The notes beneath the pieces are model-generated. The model worked only from the letters and a program-made list of their open reading frames with translations. It had not been told where the DNA came from and searched no databases. Shown piece after piece: positions 11,366 to 24,456 of a stretch of 52,805 nt of DNA. Source of the DNA: Catajapyx aquilonaris (lineage: Eukaryota); the NCBI GenBank assembly GCA_000934665.2, contig JYFJ02000695.1, positions 62,001 through 114,805 of the forward strand, written 5' to 3'. The stretch's first letter is position 1; every line of letters begins with the position of its first letter. The position numbers and the translations under genes were made by a program.

Positions 11366-14300
11366 TATTATTTTGGTCCTTTGGTTAGGGCACCCCTGTT
11401 GTGAGTCAACTTTGGTCAAATGAGATTGCTTCATTCGAGCAGGGCGAGTCCATTCTTTCCGTGTATCATTATTACTCTGTAACCCACTATGATCTCATGT
11501 CTCTTTGATCGTAACAGGCATGTAAAGAGTGAAGTAAATTTTTTTCGCGACATTGCATTTGATTTTTAAAAAATTTGGGTACATTTGCATGTTGAGTGTA
11601 ATTTGTCATATCCTATTATAGTGCAACAATAACATGCCACAAGGCACTTCTCATCGAATTAACATTATTGACATTTTCCACACTCTCCCAATAAAAACAA
11701 CAACAATAACACTGCTCTCACAAATTAGCCCAAATACTGTGTATCAAGAAATCATTATGCAGTAAAGTATCTTATATGAGACAACACGTACGCAGGCATG
11801 TTGTACATAATTTATGAGGGAGTATGCCAGCAGAGCACAGTCAGGTTTCAACAAGGTTCTTGTGATATTTCAACTTTTTAAACCATACCACGAACAGGTG
11901 TTGTCAGTTTCCACACTTAACCATTAAAAATTGTTGCCTCGAAGAGCGAGATAAGCAGTTTTTTTCCGTCAAATTAATCGTTATGGTGGGCAAGGGAGGA
12001 GTCGATCCGGTATACGATCACCGTCGAAACAATGCGGTCACCTGCTCCTCTCGACTGGTTATCGGACTCTTCACTTGCGTGTACATTTGGCCTTTTGCTT
12101 GAGCACATCAGCTCAACAAATTAGCCTGAAAAGTGGATCTAGAATCTTTACAATTACGCTGGAAAAAAAAACCATTTGCGGATCTGGTTTGGCCAGGTGG
12201 GAGGTATAGTACTGTACATCATACGCCACGACACACGCTGTTTAAAACTATTACCAACACCCTTTGTCACTCCGGGGTCATGGGCTTCTAGAAAGGGCCA
12301 CTAAAAATAATTCTCTATTTGCGTGTATTGTACGTCTCAGACTGTCATTGGGATCGGTCGGTCATCTCTGACCCTGCAGACTAAAATGTCAACTCATAAC
12401 CGAACAAAAGACTGGATGTTGAGGGGGCAGATGGCCAGTTGTGTGGTACGTGCATCAGGGCGGAGTTTTTATTCCCCGTAGCACTAATCTTGAGAGAAAA
12501 AGGAGGAAAAGGGGAACAAAAGGGAAGTTGGCGGCAACACCTGCGAGAGAAGGAAATATTCCGATGGAGGTGAGGGGAAGGCGGGGAGGTAGGGAAGATT
12601 ATCCGTGGAAAAGGCAGAGCATCAGCTGGTAACCACCGCCCACCAACTGGTTCCTTATCCACCCTTGTATTTCCTTCCTGTCATACCCAACAATAGGACA
12701 TATCGTTGGGTTATAATAATGTGGAAAAAAATGACCGTGTAGCGGGTGTAGTTATGCGATACTTGTTGAACTGGTTGTGCTCTAGAAAACAATGCGTAGA
12801 GCGACCTTGATGGTTAATGTCTTCAGACGATTTGAGCATAGTTTTAATTCTAATTTCTTTCACTTTCAGTCAAGATAGGGTTCCCTGGTGCCTTTGAAGT
12901 CGACGCCGAGGGTGTCAACCGCCTGTATGTTGGTGAGTACTAGTGTATCAGTTAGTACAGCAATAAGAAAGGTTTCCGATCCGGTCTTCTGGCAGCAGGC
13001 GAAGTGGGCAAAGGAAAAAAGGTAGGCCCCGATGGCCACAAAAACAGGCGAAGGAAATGCCCGGGCACGTGCCACACCTGCTTCTACACCCCAGATCCAG
13101 CTCCCGTTTTCAACCTGCACTCGCAATGTAGTCAAATCTATATAACCTGGCACATATTTCAAGGATGACTGATTACGTCTTTTTTGTGTGTGTTTCATGC
13201 ATCGTGTCGGAAAAGGCCGATTTATATTTGCAATCGCAGAACTTAATCGGGGACACACAAAAAATGGGTGTCATCCCATTCACATTGCGTATATATTGTA
13301 GACGCCATTTCGCGTGCCTGGCGCCACACGTGATCATTGCCAGCTTTTGTTGCTTGGCAACCAAACCACATGTGCATCAAATGAGAACGGGGCTATCTCT
13401 CAATAAGGTCGCGCGCAGTGTTTGGACTTGGATGGAAACATCCTTGACGACAGAGTAGGTACGTGCGAGCCATCTTCATTCACTGTTCCCTTCCTGGATA
13501 CTTTTGTACCTTTACAACACGATCGTAGATATATAGACCGAATCTCCCGGAGCAACCCGAAACAGGCAGGCGAAAATTAATACCGACACGGAAAGTGTCC
13601 GGGGGAGTTTTTACCTCATTTCCCTAGAGTGAAAGCACGTCAAAAAATATTAACACATGAGGTGAGACACGCTACCGTCATCTAATGATCGATTCTGTTG
13701 TCTCCGTTTTTTTTTGACCATACCGGTGATGGCGATGGTTGCCTAGCGTCTAGGAAGATGCATCGATAGTGCTGCAGGTTTTAGGCATACCGGATCAATA
13801 GAAGACAAGGCGGAAATAGGGTTTTGGAGACATGGAACGAATTCGGAGAAACGGTGCCCGTTTCCATGCGGACACAAAGTTTTGCAGCTCAAACACGCAC
13901 CCGGTTTTCATGTTGGGGTGACAGAACTTCATTCCGATACGCAGGGGTGGACGTCCAGAAGATAATATATTGAATATACTCCCAGGCCCTCCTAATGAGC
14001 GTCATAAACATCTTTTAGCAATTTGGTATTCCGATGCGGTGGAATCAGCCTGTACCATCCAGTTCCCGCAAATAAGGAGTTACACAACCAGCCTTGCCAA
14101 CTGGCTATATCTATTCGACCATGCTCCTCCAGTTTGCATGTGGGATTCGGTCCACCTGCTTTGCTTCCCAAACGCTACTCCTTTTTGGCCCAATTACGTC
14201 GATGTAATCTGCGGGCTTACCCTTCTCAAATGATGCGGAATTGGACTGGGATAATATAAAAAATTGCACAAAAGGTGTGGCAGGTGTGGGTGCGAGTCAT

Positions 14301-17300
14301 GTCGGGTGTAATAACCGGGCACACACATGATGTAATGTGATGGACATGCAGCTGCTCGTAAACAATTGGTTTATGCAGTGGGGTAGAATTAAGTCAAAAT
14401 TTTTGACTGGACATGCGTATAATAAAGCGACGTAAAACCGAGTTATTATGTTTGCAGACAATCCGTAGCATTAATTACGCACATTTTTTCAACCTTGACT
14501 GAGTTCAAAGCAGCGAAAATATTGACCTTATCCGGTGTGTATACCAGCACCAAAGCTGGGCACTTGAGTGGGCACGTCACGATTATGTGTTAGAAAAGGG
14601 CGGAGGGTGCACCAAAATGATCGATTAGCACTTGTTCTGGGCATAATCCGCTCCCAAAGGGGCCACAAATGTCCCCATTGTGAGTCCGTCTCATCCCATG
14701 AGAGGTGTTGGCGAATTGTTTGGTGGGGAGGATGCGGGAGATAAAATTCATCTCGAGATAAAAATCCTAGCGGAATGGGGTTGACTGATAACAAAAGCGG
14801 CTGTCACCAGATGCTGGTCATGCTGGAAACGGGTCTTGTTAAAAATAATGGAGACATTTTGGCCATGAGTCGTACCAAGTATTTGCTTATAGTTTCATCT
14901 GTGTCGCCCCAGAATCAATATTGAGTTTTGAAATGGCAGGATTTTCCCTATCCAACTCGGTTCTTGGAAGCGTCCAATATTTTGCAGGCGGCAGGGATTC
15001 CCACGAATAGAAAACTTGCACTATGCACAAAAGGGGTTGACGTATTTGACTTTGCGGTTTGAGTCATGACCGATCTCTTTCCCGGAACCGGTGGGATGGA
15101 AAAGATGGATTGATGATGTGGGGGAGTAAGGGGAGGGTGGGGTTATGGGATGGAAAATGCGCCGGGGACGGAGGCGGGCGTCCCCGGCACCATAGCCCCC
15201 ACCCTTCCCCCCCTGGCTCCCTTTTGTGTATAGTAGATGTAGAGGCGCCGTCGCCAAGGTAACCAGCCGGGGGCGCCTTTTAGGAAACCAAGATATAGGC
15301 GGTGCAAAACGTGGGTGGGATTATATGGAACCATCACAAAGCCATTCATCAAGTCCGCGGTTTTATTTAGCGTGCGATCCCGTTATTTTATAGTTGGTCA
15401 GCTTAGTGTTGACATAAGCTTCGGATCAAGGAGATGTTGGGGGCGGATAAATCCATGCCCTGTCCACTTGGAACCTGGTCTATATCTTATTTATATAGGG
15501 AGAAAAAAAAATGTGCCCCTCCTGCGCGCACGGTTCACCTGCCTTCATCTTCTAAATGAGGTTCTGCACGCCACAATGTATAGCCCCCTTCCCTTTTTTG
15601 CCTTTGAGATGGAGCAGCCTACAATGTATCTATTGTACTCCGGGCCATTTGACATTAGGGTGCGTTCATACAAGCGTCACGAACCTATAACAACTCGACG
15701 CTTCTCACTCAACAATGGGGAAGTCATGTTTACAATTGGTACGTGACTGGCGCGGAGCAGTTTTTTTTTGATGAAACATTTGCGTCTTTCTTTAAAAAAA
15801 ATAAACCTGGCAATTATTATAGGCTCCCTTTGTAATGGGGGCCACGCAATGAGAGAGGATGGCTGAAAGACATCATGTTAGGCAAACTTTGGTACCCTTT
15901 TGGGAGAAGCGCAGCTGATATCCTATGCAAGAGAAGGAGTGGCTGCTATGACACATGCGCAGAGTGCCTTGATCTTCTAGGAAATCTTCCGGGCCAGAAG
16001 TCTCTGACAGCGGAGAAGTACAATTACGAATCGAAACCCACCTCCCTCCCCCTTCAATAATGGATGAGGGCGACGTGGCCTACGCGGCTGCACTCGGCTC
16101 AGGATCAATTGACCACTGGCGAGCTGCCCCACACTGTTCAGAATAGCCCCCACCCCCCATGGATATATATGCAATGAGTGTTTGCCACAATAATCTGGAA
16201 ATCTTTTCCTGTGCGCGGCTATTCCAAAACATTATTGCATTCGAAATGACACCATTAAACAATAGTGCATCTTCCAGCAAGTTGCACGCAGTTCCAGGCT
16301 GCTAGCCAGACTAATTACAATGTTAACGGAAGAAACTTGGGCTCATTTGACTATGAAGGTGACTACATGCAGTTTGCAGATTTGCCAGAGGTCAACCTTA
16401 GGTGTTTTTTTTTTCCCCCTGGAAGGGACGACATGGTCTCAAAATGGCCGGATGCTGGATCGATTCCAAGCTGGCTCCACAATAACTGACCATTCGAATA
16501 AATGATTGATGATTCCCTCTAGTCAAGCCAAAATGGCAGGTCGATGGCAAAATCCCTATCCCCCCCTCAAAATGGCGTCGCATGATGCTGTGTTAGGGGT
16601 AGCCTCGCGTGATGCTGAGGAAGGAAAGATTCGATGGAAAAGGGAGGGGCATCCTTTTAGGAAGCTGCGCACAGGTTCTAGGCGCCTCGTAAGCGCCATT
16701 TCGGGGGGTATGGCCGAATGGGGGGCTACCTGCTCAGGTGTGGAAATGTTGTGGGCCTGGTTGCCGGGGAAACAGGCGCTAATGATCAATATGGAGGGGG
16801 GGGGGGTGCGTACAGCGTCGGCTTTTGAACTCTGGGAGATAAAACTGGCTAACAAATCGATTTTTGGTTGAGATGCATTATTCTCATCCGGTGCCAGCAA
16901 TTATCAGCAGCCGATTTATACACCTCTCTGCTACCGGAACGACTTGGGATGGAGACAAAAGAAGGGTGCGTGTCCAGTAGCCATCGAAAATTTTCAAGCC
17001 AGCATGCACAACCCTATCCTCCATTAGCGCCCCCGCTGCATCTCTCTGTCACACTCCCACGCGCCGCCNCTCCCTCTGCCACCAACATCCACCTGGGGCT
17101 ATATCTGCTCCACCTGCCTGCAGCAAGATCGATTCTGCTGGGATGGGGAGGTTCTCATCCGCGCTTGTGCAAAGTCCTGCTTCCCATAAAAAAATAACTT
17201 ATATAGGGGGGGCTGCACTTGATTCAGCTGCTACTATTTCATAACTTTGTTTACGGTTGGTGGCACCTTTTCGGTGATTATTTTGGGGGAGGAACAGACG

Positions 17301-20300
17301 GTTGGAATTTATTGGTGTGGGGTGTGAAATAATTGAGGGGTGTTTAGTAGTTACATGGCTAATTTAAGATTTTGTCACCAGCTTTTTACATAGAATGAGG
17401 GAAATCCCGGCTGTGGTGTTATGAGTGGAACAGGAAATTTGCCTATTGCGGCCCCGCGAAATTACTTGAAATAGACCTCATTAGAAGTGCGTAACCACCG
17501 TAATAATATTAAGGAGGATCCTGAGATGTAGGAAGTGGGGGGATTGACGTCAGAAAAGTCGACTGGAGTCAGTTTCCGTTTAATAAAGTGCGCCTAACTT
17601 GAAAACATTTTCCGTGTGTTGACGTGTTCAGAATTTTGCGGAATATCAACCACTGTATGGTACGATGTCGCGCCATTTCCAGTTTCCTGTTTCTATAGGA
17701 AAAGTGGAAGTTTACATTACTGATGAGGAAGCCGGCTATCTCCTCAGGTTGCTTGAGGTCACTATTACTGACCTGGATGAGGATAAATAAGCCTGCGCAT
17801 TAATTTTCATGCAGGTTGAATTCGGCAAAGGGCCAAACAATCTCCTTGCAAATAGGATAAAGCGGCCCACCTTCAGGGTCAAGGGTCCAGTGGGTTTGGC
17901 AGATTATGAGAAGTCACTAACGGTCACTAGAACTTTGATGAGTCAGTGAGATCGATGTGGCTCTTCTAGAGTTGCCTGTGTCACTTGATGAGTGTCGTGC
18001 AGCAGTCTAGGAAATGCTTTTCTTCGTGTTTCATCCCCCAGCAAGTAGGACTCACAAAAGATAAATCATGCCTAAAAATTACGAATCTCCATTGTTTTCA
18101 GTGGGAGGGAGTGATTCATCGCAGCACATAGGCCATACAGTAGTCGTAACCGCACTTACTCAAGGATTCAGTGCCCTTTCACGTATGCAAACACCGGGAG
18201 AGATTGACTTGTTTTGTCAACATGCTGCACTCACGTCATTCGTTGCAAGAGGGGCTTTGAAATTTTGGTTCACGTCCAGAAGGGGAAGTACGTTTTGAAC
18301 ACTAATCTCGGTAGCGAGCTAAGGTGATTGTCATTTCCATGCGAAGCAAACATTGTCGATTAAGATCTAGAATTGAATTTCCGAGACACAAAAATCCATA
18401 TCCGTGCCATTACAGGCGTGTCGCATATAGGGCTGATGCCCTCTTGGTGCGATGCAGATGTTGCAGATGCGGCTTCTTCCGGTAGGAAATGCAAAAATTG
18501 TGGACACGCGCATGTGAACACAGCAAGAAACGACACCTCTGGCATCGTTATCGCCCTTGTTTTCTTCCGCGAGCCTGTCTCATTTTACAGAGCTGGTGTT
18601 TACACACAGGAAGAGATCCTACTCCGGAAGAGAATGACGCCGTCATCTCGTCGAGATTCGTTGGACATGGGTACGCGACATGGTTGCGGTCACTCGGGGG
18701 TGCCAGACCTGGAAAATAATTACGGAGGTGGAGTAACGGAGTGTACAGCTATCACACCATGGGGTTCGTTACTGTCACGCCCAATCTTGTTATTCTGTGC
18801 GGATGATGTGTATTGGAGATGACATGGTTAAGCATCGTGTTTGACGCAGTATTAATCACATGTGGCGTGATTCAAACCGATGTGGTATCGTTCTTTGTAG
18901 CCGCGAAGGATACACTTTGTACCTAGCGAAACCATTGCCAGGGGAATAATATCACTGGATGACTCCATCCATATCTTCATTGGAAAATATGCTGTGTTCC
19001 TTATCGCACGTTTCAAACAAAAGGCTGGATTTATTTTCCTCCTATAGAGCCCCCAGGGTCATCACCACAGGTAGACTCGCGGGGGATTTTTATGTGATAG
19101 ACCAATGGTGTCGCCTTGATACCTTGGTGCACGTAAAAAGGAGGGAGCCTTGGCAGGTGATAAATTAATCGCTGAAAGGAAACCCTTACTAAGATGTGAT
19201 GGACTTATTGTCCTTCTGGTTATTGACAAACGCGCTTGAGATTATGCCACTGTAACTGGAGCATCATTTTCCGGATAAAAACCCACGTCACAAGTGCGCA
19301 ATCTTGAAATTATTCAAGTCCGTGCTATCCATCCACTTCTGGCGATGATAAATATCGCCATTCCGTGAGATTGCAGTCTCCGGGGATTCGTTGGCGGTAT
19401 AGGTATAGTCACTTTTTGTCATGGATTTTTTTTTTCTCGAAGTAGGTTTAGGACCACCTTCATTAGCTTTCCTGGAGATAAGAGGGTGCTGGTTAGGAAT
19501 TCCACGCTAACACAGATGGCACTAATTACCCACCACCCCCCTTTTTATTATTCCTTTTTCCGAGTCCGCAGAATGCAATCTCATTAAGTTTTCAGTTTTT
19601 GGCTCCAACGCCGGGGCGGCCCAGCAAACAAACAAAGCTTCACACGCGATCTCTGTGAGCTCAGGCAAACCCATATCAGTTCTCTGCAGCAGCATTTTCA
19701 GCCAGAAGGTTTGAAGGGCGGGGTATAAGGTGGGTGGAGAAATAAATGTATATCTTCATGCCTACCTTGCTGCAGATATGGACGAAGATCGTGTCGCCTC
19801 TAGAAAAAAAATATCATCAAGTCGAGCAGCCATGCTTTTCTCACAGCTGCTGCTAACTGTAGATTTTTTCCCCACGGCGTTCCTATATCGGTAGGTAAAT
19901 AACTTCTGCTAGACTAGGGTGAGATAAATCTAACTATGGGTTTCTACACCGGTGTTTGCTCTAGTCGTATACCCCCACCTTATGTGGGTGCGTGAACGCT
20001 ATCAAATAAGGTCAGACTCAAAATACTGGCCCGGTTTTCTTGCATCCACATTTTCTCGACTGCTTGCTACTTGGAGACGGTTCATGGCCGTCCCAAAAGT
20101 CACCATGACGGCGTCAGGAGTTTCGACAGAGTGCAATATGGCTATACTGAAAGGGATCAATCCTTGGAGAGGTCAACAGCATCTTGGCTTTTGTCCCGGG
20201 TACTTCATTTACGACGTACCGTTACAAAGGGGCACCGGATGCGATCCCGGACCCAAGACTGACCATACCCTAAAAATATCTGGGTATATATTGCCCCCCT

Positions 20301-23300
20301 CTCTCCCTCATTTGAACAGTACCAATCCTCTTCTCTAGTGTTCTCGCAGACCTTGTCGCTTGTCACTGTTGTCAGTTGTCAGTTGCGTTACCAATGGCGC
20401 GTGTGTTTGGTAGCTTCGCGTGAGCTGCCTCTTTTTTCTCTCCATTTGTTATTTTTTGCGTCAAATTAGGAAGCAGATGCTGCGGCAGATTCCATGACCG
20501 CATCTCGTTTAGGGCGAAATAACCAGCTGGCAGATTGTGATCCGATGTTGTGTTGGCCACCTCACGCACTGCACAGGTAACGCTCTGTTTGTCATATTTT
20601 CCCCCCTCCTCCAACCCGTTCAGTATGTTGCATGCGATTGGTAAGACTTACCGCCTCAAAACATAACGGGCAGGATATGCGGCTGGAACGGATTAGATTG
20701 CAGACTCTGAATGAAAAGACTTCATCTCCTATATTAGGAAACGGAAAATCCGGTTTTCGACCCTTTTCCTTTTTTCGCAGAACTGACTTGTATTTGAGTC
20801 ATGTTGCTTCATCTGTCAAGAAGTTTAGGATATGTGCGTAGTATGAAGGAGATGGACTACAGGATGTGTCATCAAGCAGGTGACGCATCATCAGACTCTC
20901 TGGTGATATTGCAATCTTTCAGGTGAGACGTGTGGGTTGGGTGGGGGTGTAGAGTTATCTGTAAAAATGTGGGAGGATACCATATACACACATAACCCTC
21001 CACATCCGGGAGTGTCTCCAGGTAGATGATGTCCCTGACTTTTATCAGCCTGCAAACGCTCTCTATCTCGAAATTTGACCTCGTAAATTGGCATCACTCA
21101 AGCAACAAGGTGTCCAACAGCCCCCATTATTTTTAAGGGAATGAACTAATATGCGTTAGAATTTCACCAGCCACCTGTTCATCTTTCAGTTGAAGCTGCA
21201 GATAGGGTGTATCTACGACCAAAGGTTGCAGATATACACACCTATTTGATTATTTACACCCGCCCTGGTGATTTCCAGGTCACGCTTTTTCCGTTAGAGG
21301 AAAAGGGATGTTTGTGGACAGAGAAGGCGGGTTTAAAAACAGGGTTATAGAAATCTCCTGATCCAGACCGGAAACCGTTTTTATCTGGGACTCTTGTATG
21401 TGACTTGGGTGATGTGGTCACACTCGTACAGTTTGACGTCATTCACATCATAGTTCCGGAGGAAAGGAGACATCGCGCCACTTTTTTTTGCTTCGACTTT
21501 TGCGGTTCCTCCATTCATTCACCCGAGGCCAAGTTATGATACTTCCACGTAGAATGAGTTGGTATACTGACCGTCGAGGTTTGGGAAAAATCCATGAGGA
21601 TCTAAAGCCAAAACAAACGCGTCAGCAGGAATGACTTGATTCCGTTCTAAATTCAAGCTCGATTGAAAAACATTGAGAAAGATGGGAATGATGGACAATT
21701 GCGCAATTGTTGTAAGCAATGTCGCTGCTGAAAAGAATAATCTTGAGAAGCAAAATTCCCGGCCTCTCAGTTCTTATCACCAATGATTTAGCGCAGAAGG
21801 TCATCTCTAATGCACGATATAGACTAATATTGGAGATCGTGTGAACGGTTAGGCGGCGTCATTTCTGTAAAAATTGGACGAAGGTCGCGAAACAAAGGGA
21901 TGGGTATGAGACAATAACAAGATATTTTGCAACAATTAATGCAAATTTGTACATACGCAAATATGATTTCTCAGCGATATCCGCTCGAGATCGGTGATGC
22001 GAAGCCTTCTTATGTACAGATGTCTCTGCTGCTGGCATAATGGCTCAGAAAGTGTTGGTCACCAGGCAATCAAGGACCTTAGTCTGACATGGGTGGGCAC
22101 TAAAGAGGGAAGCAGGAAGGAGGATATTGGGACTAGAGCTGTTTTTCAAGCCTGTTTTTCAAGCACACAAAGGATATTGCTCAGAGGTTTGCGTCTTCGG
22201 GATTGTTTGTCTCCGCTCAGATGTTCGGCAGGACATCGCACGGCTCTGCTTTTGGGTAAAGTTTTGATATGAAGTGTTTCAACTGAAGCTTTCAATTGCC
22301 CTCGAATTTTGAGTGACAATTTCACTTGGTGTGAGCAAAACTTTTAAACTCCATTTTTAAAAATAAAATTAGGTGTCGTAATGGGTCAAAATGGGCAACT
22401 ATCGCGGAAATAGAGTGCAATTCAAGGCCTTTAATGACCGAGGCTTCCATTCGACATATCAGACGCTAATGTTTTCGACGGCTTCTAAGAAATGCATAAT
22501 AACAGGCCACTTATTGCCAGACTTCTGCCGACGTTTCCACTGGAGCAAACAAATGTTTAATTCATACGCTATGCGAAGTATAGGGTGTAACATGATCAGA
22601 CACGTAACAAAGGCATCCGCATGACATGGCAGTGCGATCATTCGCGACTATAATTGCCGGATCACAAGATCTGGTCCAGCCAGTGAGTCAGCACAGTATG
22701 TGCTGTAACACAATCCATCTTAATAAATTCCGACTTCTTATCTTTCTCAGGGCACATTGGTGTCAAGTCATCATCAGCCGTCCAGAAGGAACTATGCAAG
22801 ACATATCCATGCACACGACCCCTCCATGCGACCACCTTGAGGTCAGCATGGACAAGGAGAATTCAGCAGGTGAGCTACTGGTCCATATAATCACCTGCCC
22901 TACAAGTTATCACTTTTTTTCCCTCACTCTCTGCTGGTCTCTCACGTGGCAGGTGCTGGTTAGGTTGCTCCCTTTATTTCCCCATCTGATCCACTTAATC
23001 TGGTGATGTCGGGCTGTGTATGTCCACTGACTCAGCCTGATCGATCTTAATTTCTTAGCATGACGCGATTCACGTGCGAGCTTGACTCAGTACTTTTTTA
23101 GGCTCTCTGATGAGTCTGGCGCACCTGTGTGACGTGTCAATTGTGCCGATAACAAATGTTTGCTATTATGTGGCCGGTTATTGCCACCTACTGTTAATAC
23201 AAGGTGTATAAATAGTGTATGACTTTTCGAAAAGAAAAAAAAATGGCGCGCCAGTTGATCGATCTGACACGTGACAATTGAGTCGTAATCGAGGGAATCC

Positions 23301-24456
23301 TTGAAAGATGTAGGTAAGAGCAAGGTGGAAGAGAATGATTCACCTTGGCGTGGTGCGGCTTGCTTTTGACGTGGACTTGCACCTGCCCCCATCCCCCCAC
23401 CCCCCGGCGGTGCTTACACGAGTATGAGAATAGTGGCCGTATGAGTGGGTCAGTCAGTAGAGTGTAGGCTTTGCGAGAGTGAGGATGCCTGAGGTGTAGT
23501 CAAGCAGGAAATAACAGCATGCAGATAGTGTTTCCTGTCTGGGGGGGATACCCCATGGCCGGTAAGTGTTACTGTTTTGGATTGTTGCATTAATGTGTTG
23601 CAATTTTCTGGGAATGGGAGAATATTGCTGACATATGCGAAAGATGACAGCGCGTGAGTACTGCGACCTTCGAATGGCATGTGTGTCGTGGTACATTTTC
23701 TTGGAGGATGTCATGGCAACTTGAGACCAAATGCGCATCGGTCAGGCGGGCGTTACTTTTCCCGCACTTTTTTTGTGCGGTCATCGTCCTGTTGGGGAAA
23801 AAAAAGGAGCGTGGCATTATCTAGGACAAATCTGGTGACAATTAATGATCACCTTAGCCTACTTTGGTGAGGAGGGTGGGCGGAGGATGGGCAAGAAAAA
23901 ATAAAGTAGCCCTGATCGATTAGACCGTCGATTGCCCCCGATGCCCAACCCATCCTTTCCTCATTCCTTTCTTCCACATATTTTTTTTCTTCTTAGCCGC
24001 ACACACGTTCCACCCCCCACCTCAGCCTCTACCTCACCAGTGCAATTTCCAAGCTTGTGTGGTCATCACCACACCCGACCATTCCAGCCGAACCATCCTC
24101 ATGGGGAAGTCATCACGCGTATAGTGACGCACTTTGTGACGTCACTTGTACTTTGGAGACGATGCAGGGAAATTTATGATACGCGGAATTTACCTGAGGG
24201 TACCTGTATAATATTAGTCCCGTTTAAAATATCAAATGACTAACAATGATGATGAAGTGTGTAGTTGTATGGAGGCTGACTCCCTATGAAATCCAATGAC
24301 GCAACTGATTATTGGTTCTTTTCGGCAGACACGCCTACGCAGTCGGCGCCGGCGCCAGAGTCTAGTCCAAGTCCAAAGGCGGCAGGCGACGCCAAAGAGG
24401 AGCCAACGACGCCCAACGGCGACTGCTGCAACCAGAGGCCACCCCAGGAGGTCACC

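Noticed and set aside
11183..11434. Poly-Ile ORF on the minus strand
   Set aside because: Translation of the (TAA)n microsatellite.
316..24328. Dozens of 60-175 aa ORFs in the upstream region
   Set aside because: No recognisable domains or consistent exon chain, and many use non-ATG starts; expected by chance.
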